From: Thermoplasmatota archaeon
Lineage (GTDB): Archaea; Thermoplasmatota; E2; DHVEG-1
Direction: 5' to 3'
DNA length: 41,294 nt
NCBI GenBank assembly: GCA_038740425.1
Contig: JAVYLV010000003.1
Coordinates: 1 to 41,294 of the forward strand
Part shown: positions 31,583 to 39,917 of the stretch, one piece after another
How positions within the stretch are numbered: the first letter of the stretch is position 1
Layout: each line of letters starts with the position of its first letter
Program-made: the position numbers and the translations under genes
The notes under the pieces: generated by a model
The model's database searches: none
The model's input: only the letters and a program-made list of their open reading frames with translations
Told to the model about the DNA's origin: nothing

Positions 31583-32288
31583 GTTAACAGATGATATCGT
31601 GTTATGCAAGGAGCGAGCTGTCTATCTAGAGGGTTTAAACACTTGTGTTGTATCTGATCTTCATATAGGTTTAGAAGAGGGTGTATTAGGTGCACCTGTG
31701 GATATACAGAGTGATGATATCCTGAAGAGATTAGATGATTTAATCAAGAGGTATAAACCTGAACAGCTAGTTATAAACGGTGATTTTAAACATACGTTCT
31801 CATCTAACATAGATGAGGAGTGGATAGGCGGCGCTAGGATACTAGAGTATCTTACAGGTATGGTTAAGGTGTATATTATACGGGGCAATCATGATAATTT
31901 CCTCTCTAGTATAGCTAATAGGTGTGGTGTTGAGTTAAAAGATACCTTTTCTCTTGGGGGTTATGTGTTTGCTCATGGTCATAGAGAGTTACCTGGGAGA
32001 AAAACAGGTGAGGTGTATATACTTGGTCATGAGCATCCAGCTGTTAAGCTTAGGGATAAGGTTGGTGGTTATGTGAAGATACCGGTTTTTGTATGGAGAA
32101 AAGGTGATTTCTTGGTTCTACCTGCTTTCTCTTCGTGGACTTATGGTCATGACCTCTCTGATGGTGAGGTACTGGTTAAATCCTTAACTTTTGATGAGTT
32201 CCTAGATTCCAGGGTTATAGGTTGTACTGATTATGGTTTGTTGGATTTATCTAGGTTAAAAGATTTGATGAAGGCTGGTAGGTTATAG
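31560..32288 (+). CDS. Metallophosphoesterase (Lhr-associated MPE-type, calcineurin-like)
   Basis: Motifs: SDLHIG, NGDFKH, RGNHDN, AHGH and GHEH. It overlaps the lhr 3' end by 23 nt if ATG 31560 is used, or 32 nt from GTG 31551. Confidence 0.7.
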   Translation: MPFVQSFRLTDDIVLCKERAVYLEGLNTCVVSDLHIGLEEGVLGAPVDIQSDDILKRLDDLIKRYKPEQLVINGDFKHTFSSNIDEEWIGGARILEYLTGMVKVYIIRGNHDNFLSSIANRCGVELKDTFSLGGYVFAHGHRELPGRKTGEVYILGHEHPAVKLRDKVGGYVKIPVFVWRKGDFLVLPAFSSWTYGHDLSDGEVLVKSLTFDEFLDSRVIGCTDYGLLDLSRLKDLMKAGRL

Positions 32289-32474
32289 ACTTGTTTCTAA
32301 AAATGGTAAATTTTTGATTTTTTTACCAAAAATGGAACTATTTTTAATGTTAAAGAGACCAACAAATTCTATACAATAACAATCGGAGCTGTGCCCCTAT
32401 ACATAAATATTGGATATTGATATTGAAAATGTTACGGAAAACGAAACAAATCACATATCATCTCTATTTCACTT

Positions 32475-33683
32475 TTATCTATCACACGGCTCTCTACATA
32501 TATCGCAATCCTTCTCCTTGCATGGCTCCAGATGTATATGTACATCACTATCAGCATATACCCTCTTGATTAGTGATTCTACACGATGGCAGAGTTCATG
32601 TGTCCTCTGCACAGGCATATCCCTATCTACTACGAGATGCATGGTTATATCATCCTTACCTTGACCCCTGATAACCCTGATGTTATGAAATGATATTATA
32701 CTCCTCTGTTTTTTAAGGATATTCTCTATGAGCTGTTTCTTCCATCTGTTATCCTGGTATGTCTCTCTCGGTTCTATATGTATAATACTAGAATACGATG
32801 TTTTATCTTTGATCCTCTCCTCTAAAGCATCAGCGATCTCATGCGCTTTATCAAGCGTTGTTGTATCATCAACCTCAGCATGAAGAGTAACAACCTTATT
32901 TGAACCGTAATCATGTAGTGAGATATCATGCACACCTTTAACCCCTGGTATCTCACCGCCTATAGCCTCTATACTATCCAACACATCACGATCAGGGGAT
33001 CGACCTATCAGATAGTTAGATGAATTTTTAACAAGTGTCAACCCCACCCAAATAATGATAACAGAGACTATAATACCAAATATCGGATCTAGAAAAATAT
33101 AACCCCTGCTCGATCCCATAATGCTAACAGCAACACCTATAGCAGCCAAAGCATCACTACGATGATGCCAAGCATCAGCTATTAGGATATCACTATTTAT
33201 TCTTTCACCTATAGCGATGGAGAAACGAGCCATCCATTCCTTCACAATCGCCGATATAACCAGGACTAACACAGTGATTATTGATAATTCCTTGTTGGTT
33301 ATTGATACAGTATTGATTAGGCGTTCAACTGATTGCTGTATAAAACCCATACCTGTGATTACTAATAGTATCGCTATGATCAATGTCGCGATATACTCCA
33401 CCCTACCATACCCGAAAGGATGTTGTTTATCAGCTGGTTTCTTAGCTATCCTAAAACCTATTATAACTACGAACGATGTACCTACATCTGATAATGTATG
33501 AAAAGAATCAGCTATCAAAGCGATACTATTGATCAGAACACCTAGAGTAAGCTTTATGACAAATAAAACAGTGTTTCCTGCTACACTAACCAAGCCTTCA
33601 AGATAACCATATCTGGCACGGGTTAATGGATCATTCGGATCACCATAGTTAGGAATCAGATTTTGTTGCAGAGCTTTTATCAT
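32475..33683 (-). CDS. Cation diffusion facilitator (CDF) metal efflux transporter with duplicated cytoplasmic domain and C-terminal Cys cluster
   Basis: Six TM helices carry the metal-site motifs ADSFHTLSD and ADAWHHRSD, followed by two ZT_dimer-like domains. The tail is CKEKDCDICREPC. The ORF track opens at 33800, but the first 39 codons are poly-Phe from a T-rich promoter-like tract. ATG 33683 (MIKALQQN) is more plausible. Confidence 0.8.
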   Translation of the reverse strand: MIKALQQNLIPNYGDPNDPLTRARYGYLEGLVSVAGNTVLFVIKLTLGVLINSIALIADSFHTLSDVGTSFVVIIGFRIAKKPADKQHPFGYGRVEYIATLIIAILLVITGMGFIQQSVERLINTVSITNKELSIITVLVLVISAIVKEWMARFSIAIGERINSDILIADAWHHRSDALAAIGVAVSIMGSSRGYIFLDPIFGIIVSVIIIWVGLTLVKNSSNYLIGRSPDRDVLDSIEAIGGEIPGVKGVHDISLHDYGSNKVVTLHAEVDDTTTLDKAHEIADALEERIKDKTSYSSIIHIEPRETYQDNRWKKQLIENILKKQRSIISFHNIRVIRGQGKDDITMHLVVDRDMPVQRTHELCHRVESLIKRVYADSDVHIHLEPCKEKDCDICREPCDR

Positions 33684-33962
33684 TAAACAAAACACGGAAC
33701 TTAAAGTAAAGATATAATTCTTTTGATTCAACAATAAAGGATTAAAAAAAGGATATGAAATAATGAAAAAAAAGAAGAAAAAGGATATTACTATAACCAT
33801 ATCTCATTAGATAAAACCATTCTTCACCTGCTAAATATTAAAAAATATGCAAATACTCTTAAATCAATAATCCTATTACCATTTATATTTACATGTAATC
33901 TACCCGCAAAAAAATAATAAAAGGTAGAAAATTAGATTACAAAAAAAGGTGGAAGGATAAAA

Positions 33963-34190
33963 ATGGTGGAATTCGAGACTATAAAAGCAGAGGAGATAAA
34001 ATTTGGAAAAAATAATTTTATAGAGGTATCTAGGAAGAAAACCGTAGGTATTGCAAACGCACGAGAATTCATATCTATATCACGTGGTTTCTACCTAAAT
34101 GATGGTAGCAGAAGGTGGAAGGCATCTGTTACACTACCAGATGAACCTGAGAAAAGAGAACGAATAGCTGATCTGATTAAAACATTATAA
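33963..34190 (+). CDS. Small PC4/YdbC-like putative ssDNA-binding protein (tentative)
   Basis: 75 aa. The pattern FGKNNFIEVSRKK...REFISISRGFYLNDGSRRWKASVTLP resembles the PC4-fold family. A GGTGGAAGGA SD lies upstream. Confidence 0.4.
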   Translation: MVEFETIKAEEIKFGKNNFIEVSRKKTVGIANAREFISISRGFYLNDGSRRWKASVTLPDEPEKRERIADLIKTL

Positions 34191-34263
34191 AAAAAAGAAA
34201 AAAAGCAGATAGAGTGAAGGATTATTCTAAAAAAACATCCAATCATTAAAGGAAATTATAGTA

Positions 34264-34336
34264 CGCCCCGGTCGGGATTCGGACCCGAGTCCCAAGCTCG
34301 ACAGGCTTGGATGATAGGCCACTACACTACCGGGGC
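34264..34336 (-). tRNA. tRNA-Asp (anticodon GTC), no encoded CCA
   Basis: The reverse complement is GCCCCGGTAGTGTAGTGGCCTATCATCCAAGCCTGTCGAGCTTGGGACTCGGGTCCGAATCCCGACCGGGGCG. It folds with a 7-bp acceptor stem GCCCCGG/CCGGGGC and anticodon stem CAAGC/GCTTG. The anticodon loop is CTGTCGA and the T stem is TCGGG/CCCGA. A T7 run lies 29 nt downstream on the minus strand (34229-34235). Confidence 0.9.
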
Positions 34337-34618
34337 TTTTTTAGGGTTACATAAAGATTCAACCCAGCTTCTATAAGAAAGGGGTAAAATGCTACTCCTT
34401 TCTTAATCTTTTTTGTTTTCTCAGGTAACACTATCCAAAGATATGTTAATTTAAAGGTTAATAACATTAATTGTATTTTAATTTTAACACAAGTTTTCTA
34501 ACCCAAAAAAGCTAAACAGAATACAGAAAATTTTAAAAGACGTTATCTATTGATATCACCATTGTTAATACTTGTTTGTACCTCCAACGATCTAATAGGA
34601 GAGGGGGTGAAATAAACA

Positions 34619-35041
34619 TTGGAGGATGTAGATAACTCTGATATAATCAAGACTGTACTCACCAACATGCTTAATATATCACAGAGGAAATCATCAGATG
34701 TTAACTCATTCACCATGATGGATAACATACTAAAAAATCTAAGTCAACAATACGATTTCTTAAGATTTGTACATGTTAATAACACTCGTTTCAAAGAGGA
34801 GAAAGACGCTGTACAAGTCTCAGATAATGTAAACAATGTTGATGCTAACATGCTGGGCAGAGCGATACAGGATATTGTGACTACGATGACTGAATCACTA
34901 GGATCATCTGCTGGTTTCTACTTTATCAAGGAACTTCAAAGGAGATTAGGCGAGGATTACAACACACTGTTAGAGGATATCGGTGTTGATCTCAGCATCA
35001 TGCAGTTAGAATTTGAAGTGATCAACAGGATGAAAAAATAG
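34619..35041 (+). CDS. Hypothetical soluble protein upstream of the archaellin gene
   Basis: 140 aa with a TTG start 8 nt after a strong SD, GGAGAGGGGGTGA. No TM segment and no motif I recognise. It is co-directional with the archaellin gene 195 nt downstream. Confidence 0.5.
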   Translation: MEDVDNSDIIKTVLTNMLNISQRKSSDVNSFTMMDNILKNLSQQYDFLRFVHVNNTRFKEEKDAVQVSDNVNNVDANMLGRAIQDIVTTMTESLGSSAGFYFIKELQRRLGEDYNTLLEDIGVDLSIMQLEFEVINRMKK

Positions 35042-35235
35042 AGGAAAAAAACCACATGCATAGGTTTTTTATCCTCATATACTATTACACCTATATTAAA
35101 AACTTTGAAAAAGCAAAGGATTTATTAAACCCTTTACAAATCACAATAAATAATAACGGGAGGTGAGGGGGAGTATCAGGATCACATATAAAAGTATACC
35201 TCAGCGATGATAAAGGAGAGATCGGGGTAGGAACA

Positions 35236-35826
35236 ATGATAATCTTCATAGCTGGTATACTAATCGCTGGTGTTGTAGCAAACGTACTGATACAAACCAT
35301 GAATAGTCTCCAACAGCAAGCTATGACTACAGGCCAAGAAACCATACGCGAGGTAGCATCAGGTGTTAAGATTACACAGGTTAGCGGGTACGTTCAATCA
35401 TCATCTATAACACAATTAGCTATCCTTGTTACTCCTATAGCAGCCTCAGAGCCTATTGATCTCTCCACTGCTATACTATCCCTCTCAGATTCTAAAGTTA
35501 ACGTTATATTAAATTATAGCTCAAAATGCTTCAATAGTAGTATATCCAACAATGGTCTTTTTGGTACCATTAACACTAGTAATCTAACATCAACCACTTA
35601 TGGCGTAATAGTTATACGTGACACAGATAGCTCCTGCACTGTTAGTAAACCCATTATCAACGATAGAGACATAGTTGCGTTAATAGTTAACACCACAAAA
35701 TGTTTCTCAGGTATAAAAACTCGTACTACAGTATCAGGTGTGTTATACCCTGAGCATGGTATCACCGGGATAATATCATTTACCACGCCATCATCTTTTA
35801 TTAATACAATCGTTGACCTACAATAA
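35236..35826 (+). CDS. Archaellin (archaeal flagellin, FlaB/ArlB family); coding clearly extends upstream of this ATG
   Basis: MIIFIAGILIAGVVANVLIQT is the conserved archaellin hydrophobic N-terminal helix. Several N-X-S/T sequons are present (NYS, NSS, NTS, NLT, NTT). In frame upstream, ...KVYLSDDKGEIGVGT supplies the class III signal-peptide cleavage site, but no ATG, GTG or TTG lies in that frame after the TGA at 35164. See finding. Confidence 0.8.
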   Translation: MIIFIAGILIAGVVANVLIQTMNSLQQQAMTTGQETIREVASGVKITQVSGYVQSSSITQLAILVTPIAASEPIDLSTAILSLSDSKVNVILNYSSKCFNSSISNNGLFGTINTSNLTSTTYGVIVIRDTDSSCTVSKPIINDRDIVALIVNTTKCFSGIKTRTTVSGVLYPEHGITGIISFTTPSSFINTIVDLQ

Positions 35827-35862
35827 TAAAGATTATTTTATAAAAAAATATCCATGTATATT

Positions 35863-36936
35863 TCAACGTTTCTCATCCATGGAGATAACCTGGGATTTGT
35901 TTTCACGTTCAAAGAATACCTCAGCTATTTTATACAGATCCATATCAACTTTTTTAATGGTTGAAACCGCTGATTCCAAGGGTACCGATACTATCCTATT
36001 ACCCTGCAGAGCTACCATCTTACCATAGTCATTATTCTCTATTAAACCAACAGAGGCTATACCAAACCTTGTCGCTAGGATCCTATCATAAGCTGTCGGT
36101 GTTCCTCCACGTTGCACATGCCCTAAAACCGTTACTCTGACCTCAACTGGTAACCTCTTTCTAATCTCATTCTCTAAGAAATGACCTATGCCACCAAGTT
36201 TTACATGACCGAATTCATCAACCTCTTGACTCTGCGTTATATACTTATCTACATCCCTTGGTTTAGCACCCTCAGCTACCACTACGATACTAAAAGTCTT
36301 ACCCTTATTGTACCGTGTTTTAATACTCTCACATACCTCATCCACATCAAATGGCTTCTCAGGTATCAGTATCTGATCAGCACCACCAGCTATACCAGCC
36401 ATCGTAGCTATCCAACCAGTATGCCTACCCATAACCTCCAAGACCATAACTCTATGATGCGATTCAGCGGTTGTATGAAGACGATCAATAGCCTCTGTCA
36501 CAATCGAGACAGCAGTATCAAAACCGAACGTGTAATCAGTACATGATAAATCATTATCAATTGTTTTGGGCACACCAACTACAGGTATACCCATCTGATG
36601 TAGCTTTAATGCTACGTTTAATGTATCATCACCACCTATAGCTACTATAACATCTATATTAAATTTTTTAATATTCTCTAATAGCTTGTTAACATCATCA
36701 GTGTTTTTAAAAGGATTTGTCCTTGAAGTACCAAGTATAGTCCCACCCTTAGTCAGAATACCTGAAACCTGCTGATTTGTAAGAGGAATCATATCACCTT
36801 CTATCAAACCTTTCCAACCATTCTTTATACCTATAGTCACCCAGTTGTTAATGCTTGATTTTCTAACTATCGCACGTATAACCGCGTTTAAACCAGGGCA
36901 ATCCCCACCACCGGTCAATATACCTATCTTCTTCAT
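35863..36936 (-). CDS. pfk: PfkA-family 6-phosphofructokinase with PPi-dependent sequence signature
   Basis: 357 aa. Motifs: KKIGILTGGGDCPGLNAVIRA, IGGDDT and VPKTIDNDL. Asp and Lys occupy the positions equivalent to E. coli PfkA Gly104 and Gly124. Confidence 0.85.
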   Translation of the reverse strand: MKKIGILTGGGDCPGLNAVIRAIVRKSSINNWVTIGIKNGWKGLIEGDMIPLTNQQVSGILTKGGTILGTSRTNPFKNTDDVNKLLENIKKFNIDVIVAIGGDDTLNVALKLHQMGIPVVGVPKTIDNDLSCTDYTFGFDTAVSIVTEAIDRLHTTAESHHRVMVLEVMGRHTGWIATMAGIAGGADQILIPEKPFDVDEVCESIKTRYNKGKTFSIVVVAEGAKPRDVDKYITQSQEVDEFGHVKLGGIGHFLENEIRKRLPVEVRVTVLGHVQRGGTPTAYDRILATRFGIASVGLIENNDYGKMVALQGNRIVSVPLESAVSTIKKVDMDLYKIAEVFFERENKSQVISMDEKR

Positions 36937-37260
36937 ATAACCTGCTCCTCTCTACCCTTAAACCAGAGATAGTAACACAGGTATAATTATCTTATTACTA
37001 TTTTAATAACTTATGGTTAATCTGGTTACCGCAAAAAATATGGTCTGTTGAAAAAAAACCAATCTCAGATACTTTACAGATACATTCATACAAAAAGTAA
37101 AAGGTGTACATCAACACTGGAATCCATCTTAGGAACAACCTGTCTTTTCAATCAACCTCTCCTGTGTTAAACCAAGAATCTCTAAACAAACTAAAACAAA
37201 GATTTTAGTATATAGCATAGTTCTTAAACAGGAAACAGATTAATTACCTGGGAGAAAAAC

Positions 37261-37548
37261 ATGATAACAAAAAAAATCAACATAGGAAAAGGAGAGGTGC
37301 TTGGATATCTCATTGATCTTAATAACGCACCACTTATTATTTTACAAGCAAAAAAAGGATATGTAATGTGCGGATACCTAAATATGAACACAGCGAATAA
37401 ACTAGGAGATATCGCTGGAAAAATAACTGGTGTAAAAAACTTTGAAGACGCACTAAACTCGACTATAGTTGAAGTATCAGAAAACGCGAAAAAAATAGGT
37501 TTACATGAAGGGATGAACACCAAAGAATTTTTAAAAATGCTAATGTAA
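37261..37548 (+). CDS. DUF1805 (YunC-like) small protein
   Basis: 95 aa. APLIILQAKKGYVMCGYLNMNTANKLGDIAGKITGV resembles the YunC family. It lies 15 nt upstream of ilvA. Confidence 0.55.
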   Translation: MITKKINIGKGEVLGYLIDLNNAPLIILQAKKGYVMCGYLNMNTANKLGDIAGKITGVKNFEDALNSTIVEVSENAKKIGLHEGMNTKEFLKMLM

Positions 37549-37563
37549 GGAGTACCCTACTTT

Positions 37564-38772
37564 ATGCTAACCTTAAAGGATATATCAAAAGCATATGATA
37601 TCATCAAACCCATAGTACGACATACACCTATTGAAAAATCAAAAACCTTTTCAAATTTAACAAAAGAAAACGTTTATCTTAAACTTGAAAACCTACAAAC
37701 AACAGGATCTTTTAAGATAAGAGGAGCGTATAACAAAATTTATCATCTAACTGAAAACGAAAAAAAAAGAGGCGTTGTATGTGCCTCAGCTGGAAATCAC
37801 GCTCAAGGCGTGGCTTACGCATCTACGTTATTACATGTGAAAAGCACTGTTTTCATGCCGATCTATACTCCACCAACAAAGATTATTGCTACTAAGTCGT
37901 ATGGAGCAAAAGTTATTCTTGAAGGAAAAACATACGATGACGCCTATCTAGCTGCAAAAGAATATGCAACAAAAAATAAAATGGTACTTATACCAGCTTT
38001 TAACGATGAATATGTAATCGCAGGACAAGGAACTATAGGAATAGAAATCGCTGAGGATCTAAAAAAAATTGATGCAATAGTTGTTCCAGTTGGCGGAGGC
38101 GGGTTAATATCTGGTATCGCCATAGCGTTAAAATCATTAAAAGATAAAGTAAAAGTTATTGGTGTGGAGGCTGAAGGCGCACAATCGATGAAGCAATCAT
38201 TGGAAAAAAAACAAATAATCCCTCTTAAAAGAATGGATACAATTGCTGATGGAATAGCTGTTAAAACACCTGGTGATATCACATTTGATATAGCAAAAAA
38301 ATACGTGGATGAGGTTGTCACAGTAAACGATGAAGAAATATCTGACGCTCTTTATCTCCTGCTGCAAAGAGCAAAATTAGTTGTTGAACCTGCTGGAGCG
38401 ACATCACTTGCAGCAATTCTCAGTAAAAAAGTATCATTACCCGGGAAAAACATAGTTGCATTAATCAGCGGAGGGAACATCAACCTATCACTTCTCACAC
38501 AAATTATCGAACAAGGGATGATGAAAAACAAACTCTTAGTTAAAATATCAATAATTGTCAATGACAAACCAAAGTTCCTAAAAGATATTCTAACAATATT
38601 AGCAAATATAGGCGCAAATGTCCAATCGATTTCTCATGACAGAGGTACAACTTCTGTACCAGTTGGCTATGTGAAAATTACAATAACCTTACAAACATTA
38701 GGTGAAGAACAAATTAAAAAAATTAAACAAACTTTTGACAAAAAGAATTTAAAATATCAAATACTACATTAA
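37564..38772 (+). CDS. ilvA: Threonine ammonia-lyase (threonine dehydratase), single ACT-like regulatory domain form
   Basis: 402 aa. Motifs: the PLP-lysine motif TGSFKIRGA, SAGNHAQG, VPVGGGGLISG, and a ~80-aa C-terminal ACT-like domain. Confidence 0.85.
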   Translation: MLTLKDISKAYDIIKPIVRHTPIEKSKTFSNLTKENVYLKLENLQTTGSFKIRGAYNKIYHLTENEKKRGVVCASAGNHAQGVAYASTLLHVKSTVFMPIYTPPTKIIATKSYGAKVILEGKTYDDAYLAAKEYATKNKMVLIPAFNDEYVIAGQGTIGIEIAEDLKKIDAIVVPVGGGGLISGIAIALKSLKDKVKVIGVEAEGAQSMKQSLEKKQIIPLKRMDTIADGIAVKTPGDITFDIAKKYVDEVVTVNDEEISDALYLLLQRAKLVVEPAGATSLAAILSKKVSLPGKNIVALISGGNINLSLLTQIIEQGMMKNKLLVKISIIVNDKPKFLKDILTILANIGANVQSISHDRGTTSVPVGYVKITITLQTLGEEQIKKIKQTFDKKNLKYQILH

Positions 38773-38982
38773 AAACCACATTTCTACCATCCTGATCATA
38801 TGATATGAAATCTTATTTTTATTCTAAACACAGATTCCTGCAAATGAAATATAAAGATTAAATTTTAAAACTAACTATCTTTACCTCAAAGAAAAGAAGC
38901 AACATAATAAAAAAAGATTTTTTACTTCTCTACTAATCTAATATCTACAATAAAATCAACTTTATTCTTTACAGAGGTTACA

Positions 38983-39558
38983 CTAAGATGCTACAACGTT
39001 ATTCTCTACCATACCCTCAGATAAAACAACATTATCCTCTAATTCATCTGAGGACACATCTACCTGTATGACTCCAGGAGCATATGTTATTATTTGTTCC
39101 ATTACATCAATAACCTTCTCTAAAACTCTTCCCAATTCTACATTACGCACAGCGATAACATTAACTATCTGTTCAAATCGTTCAATAATTATAGTTTTTC
39201 TTCTAAAACCCATCCCATGGTTTATCCTTGCCTCACCATCCTTATCATCATCTGCCAATACTCCTTGAACCGGCGACTCTTCACCGTCATCATCTATAGA
39301 TACTGAATCATCAAAAACATTTGTAACTCCTGAAAAACCCATATCATCTCCATCAGTATCTACTGATCTACTGTTCTCGTTGTTTGGCACACCTTGAGTG
39401 AATCTATCAACCATGCTCTTAAAAACAGAGTCTTTAGGGAGTCTCTCATACAATCCATCATTGACGAACAAAAATGAAGCAGAACTTGTAGACACAAACA
39501 TAAAGAAAATTAACAAAAAAAATACTGTAACCACGTATTTTTTAGTCATTTTATACAC
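38983..39558 (-). CDS. Secreted acidic hypothetical protein
   Basis: 191 aa. It has a Sec-type signal peptide (KKYVVTVFFLLIFFMFVSTSSA), then Asp-rich stretches (DTDGDDMGF, SIDDDGEE, DDDKDGE). It lies downstream of flaJ on the same strand after a 359-nt spacer. Confidence 0.5.
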   Translation of the reverse strand: MYKMTKKYVVTVFFLLIFFMFVSTSSASFLFVNDGLYERLPKDSVFKSMVDRFTQGVPNNENSRSVDTDGDDMGFSGVTNVFDDSVSIDDDGEESPVQGVLADDDKDGEARINHGMGFRRKTIIIERFEQIVNVIAVRNVELGRVLEKVIDVMEQIITYAPGVIQVDVSSDELEDNVVLSEGMVENNVVAS

Positions 39559-39917
39559 CCCTTAAACCATTTAACTTTTTCTTATTCATAATATAAAAAA
39601 CTATCGTGACAAAATTTCAAAATGATACATTTGACCACTCTTTCAACCGTTGACGTTAACACATTATTCAAACTCAAAGATTCTAAATCAACCAAGTATA
39701 ATTAATGACAATACTTTAAAGAACCACGGCATAAAAACCACACAAAAAAACTAAGTGACAAAAAAAATAATAATAAGCAAATACTTAGTAATACACTTAC
39801 AGATAAAAAATCAATCAAGATTCAAATCATAAGAACATGGTAAAACAAAAATAAACATTAACCCAGAATAAAGGACAACAGCTCCATATTACCCTCTTCA
39901 TAGTTAAGCAGAAACCC

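Noticed and set aside
32295-32345. Repeated AAAAATGG motif and the GGTAAA...TTTACC inverted repeat after the metallophosphoesterase gene
   Set aside because: It is a short element in a convergent AT-rich spacer with oligo-T runs. It is most simply a terminator region, and there is not enough signal to call a distinct element.
33684-33800. N-terminal 39 codons of the listed CDF ORF (MVIVISFFFFFFIISYPFF...)
   Set aside because: The poly-Phe translation comes from a T-rich tract that looks like promoter or spacer DNA. The conserved CDF sequence begins after Met40 (ATG at 33683).
35164-35166. Possibility that TGA is recoded, which would extend the archaellin frame further upstream
   Set aside because: TGA terminates several well-supported genes here, including the permease, the UbiA prenyltransferase, hypC and pfk. 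The sequence upstream of 35164 translates to non-coding-like AT-rich text.
35091-35345. 84-aa minus-strand ORF across the archaellin start
   Set aside because: It is antisense to the conserved archaellin N-terminal helix and signal-peptide region, so the plus-strand reading is clearly the real one.
37224-37523. 99-aa minus-strand ORF
   Set aside because: It is antisense to the DUF1805 gene, which has a recognisable family pattern and sits 15 nt upstream of ilvA.
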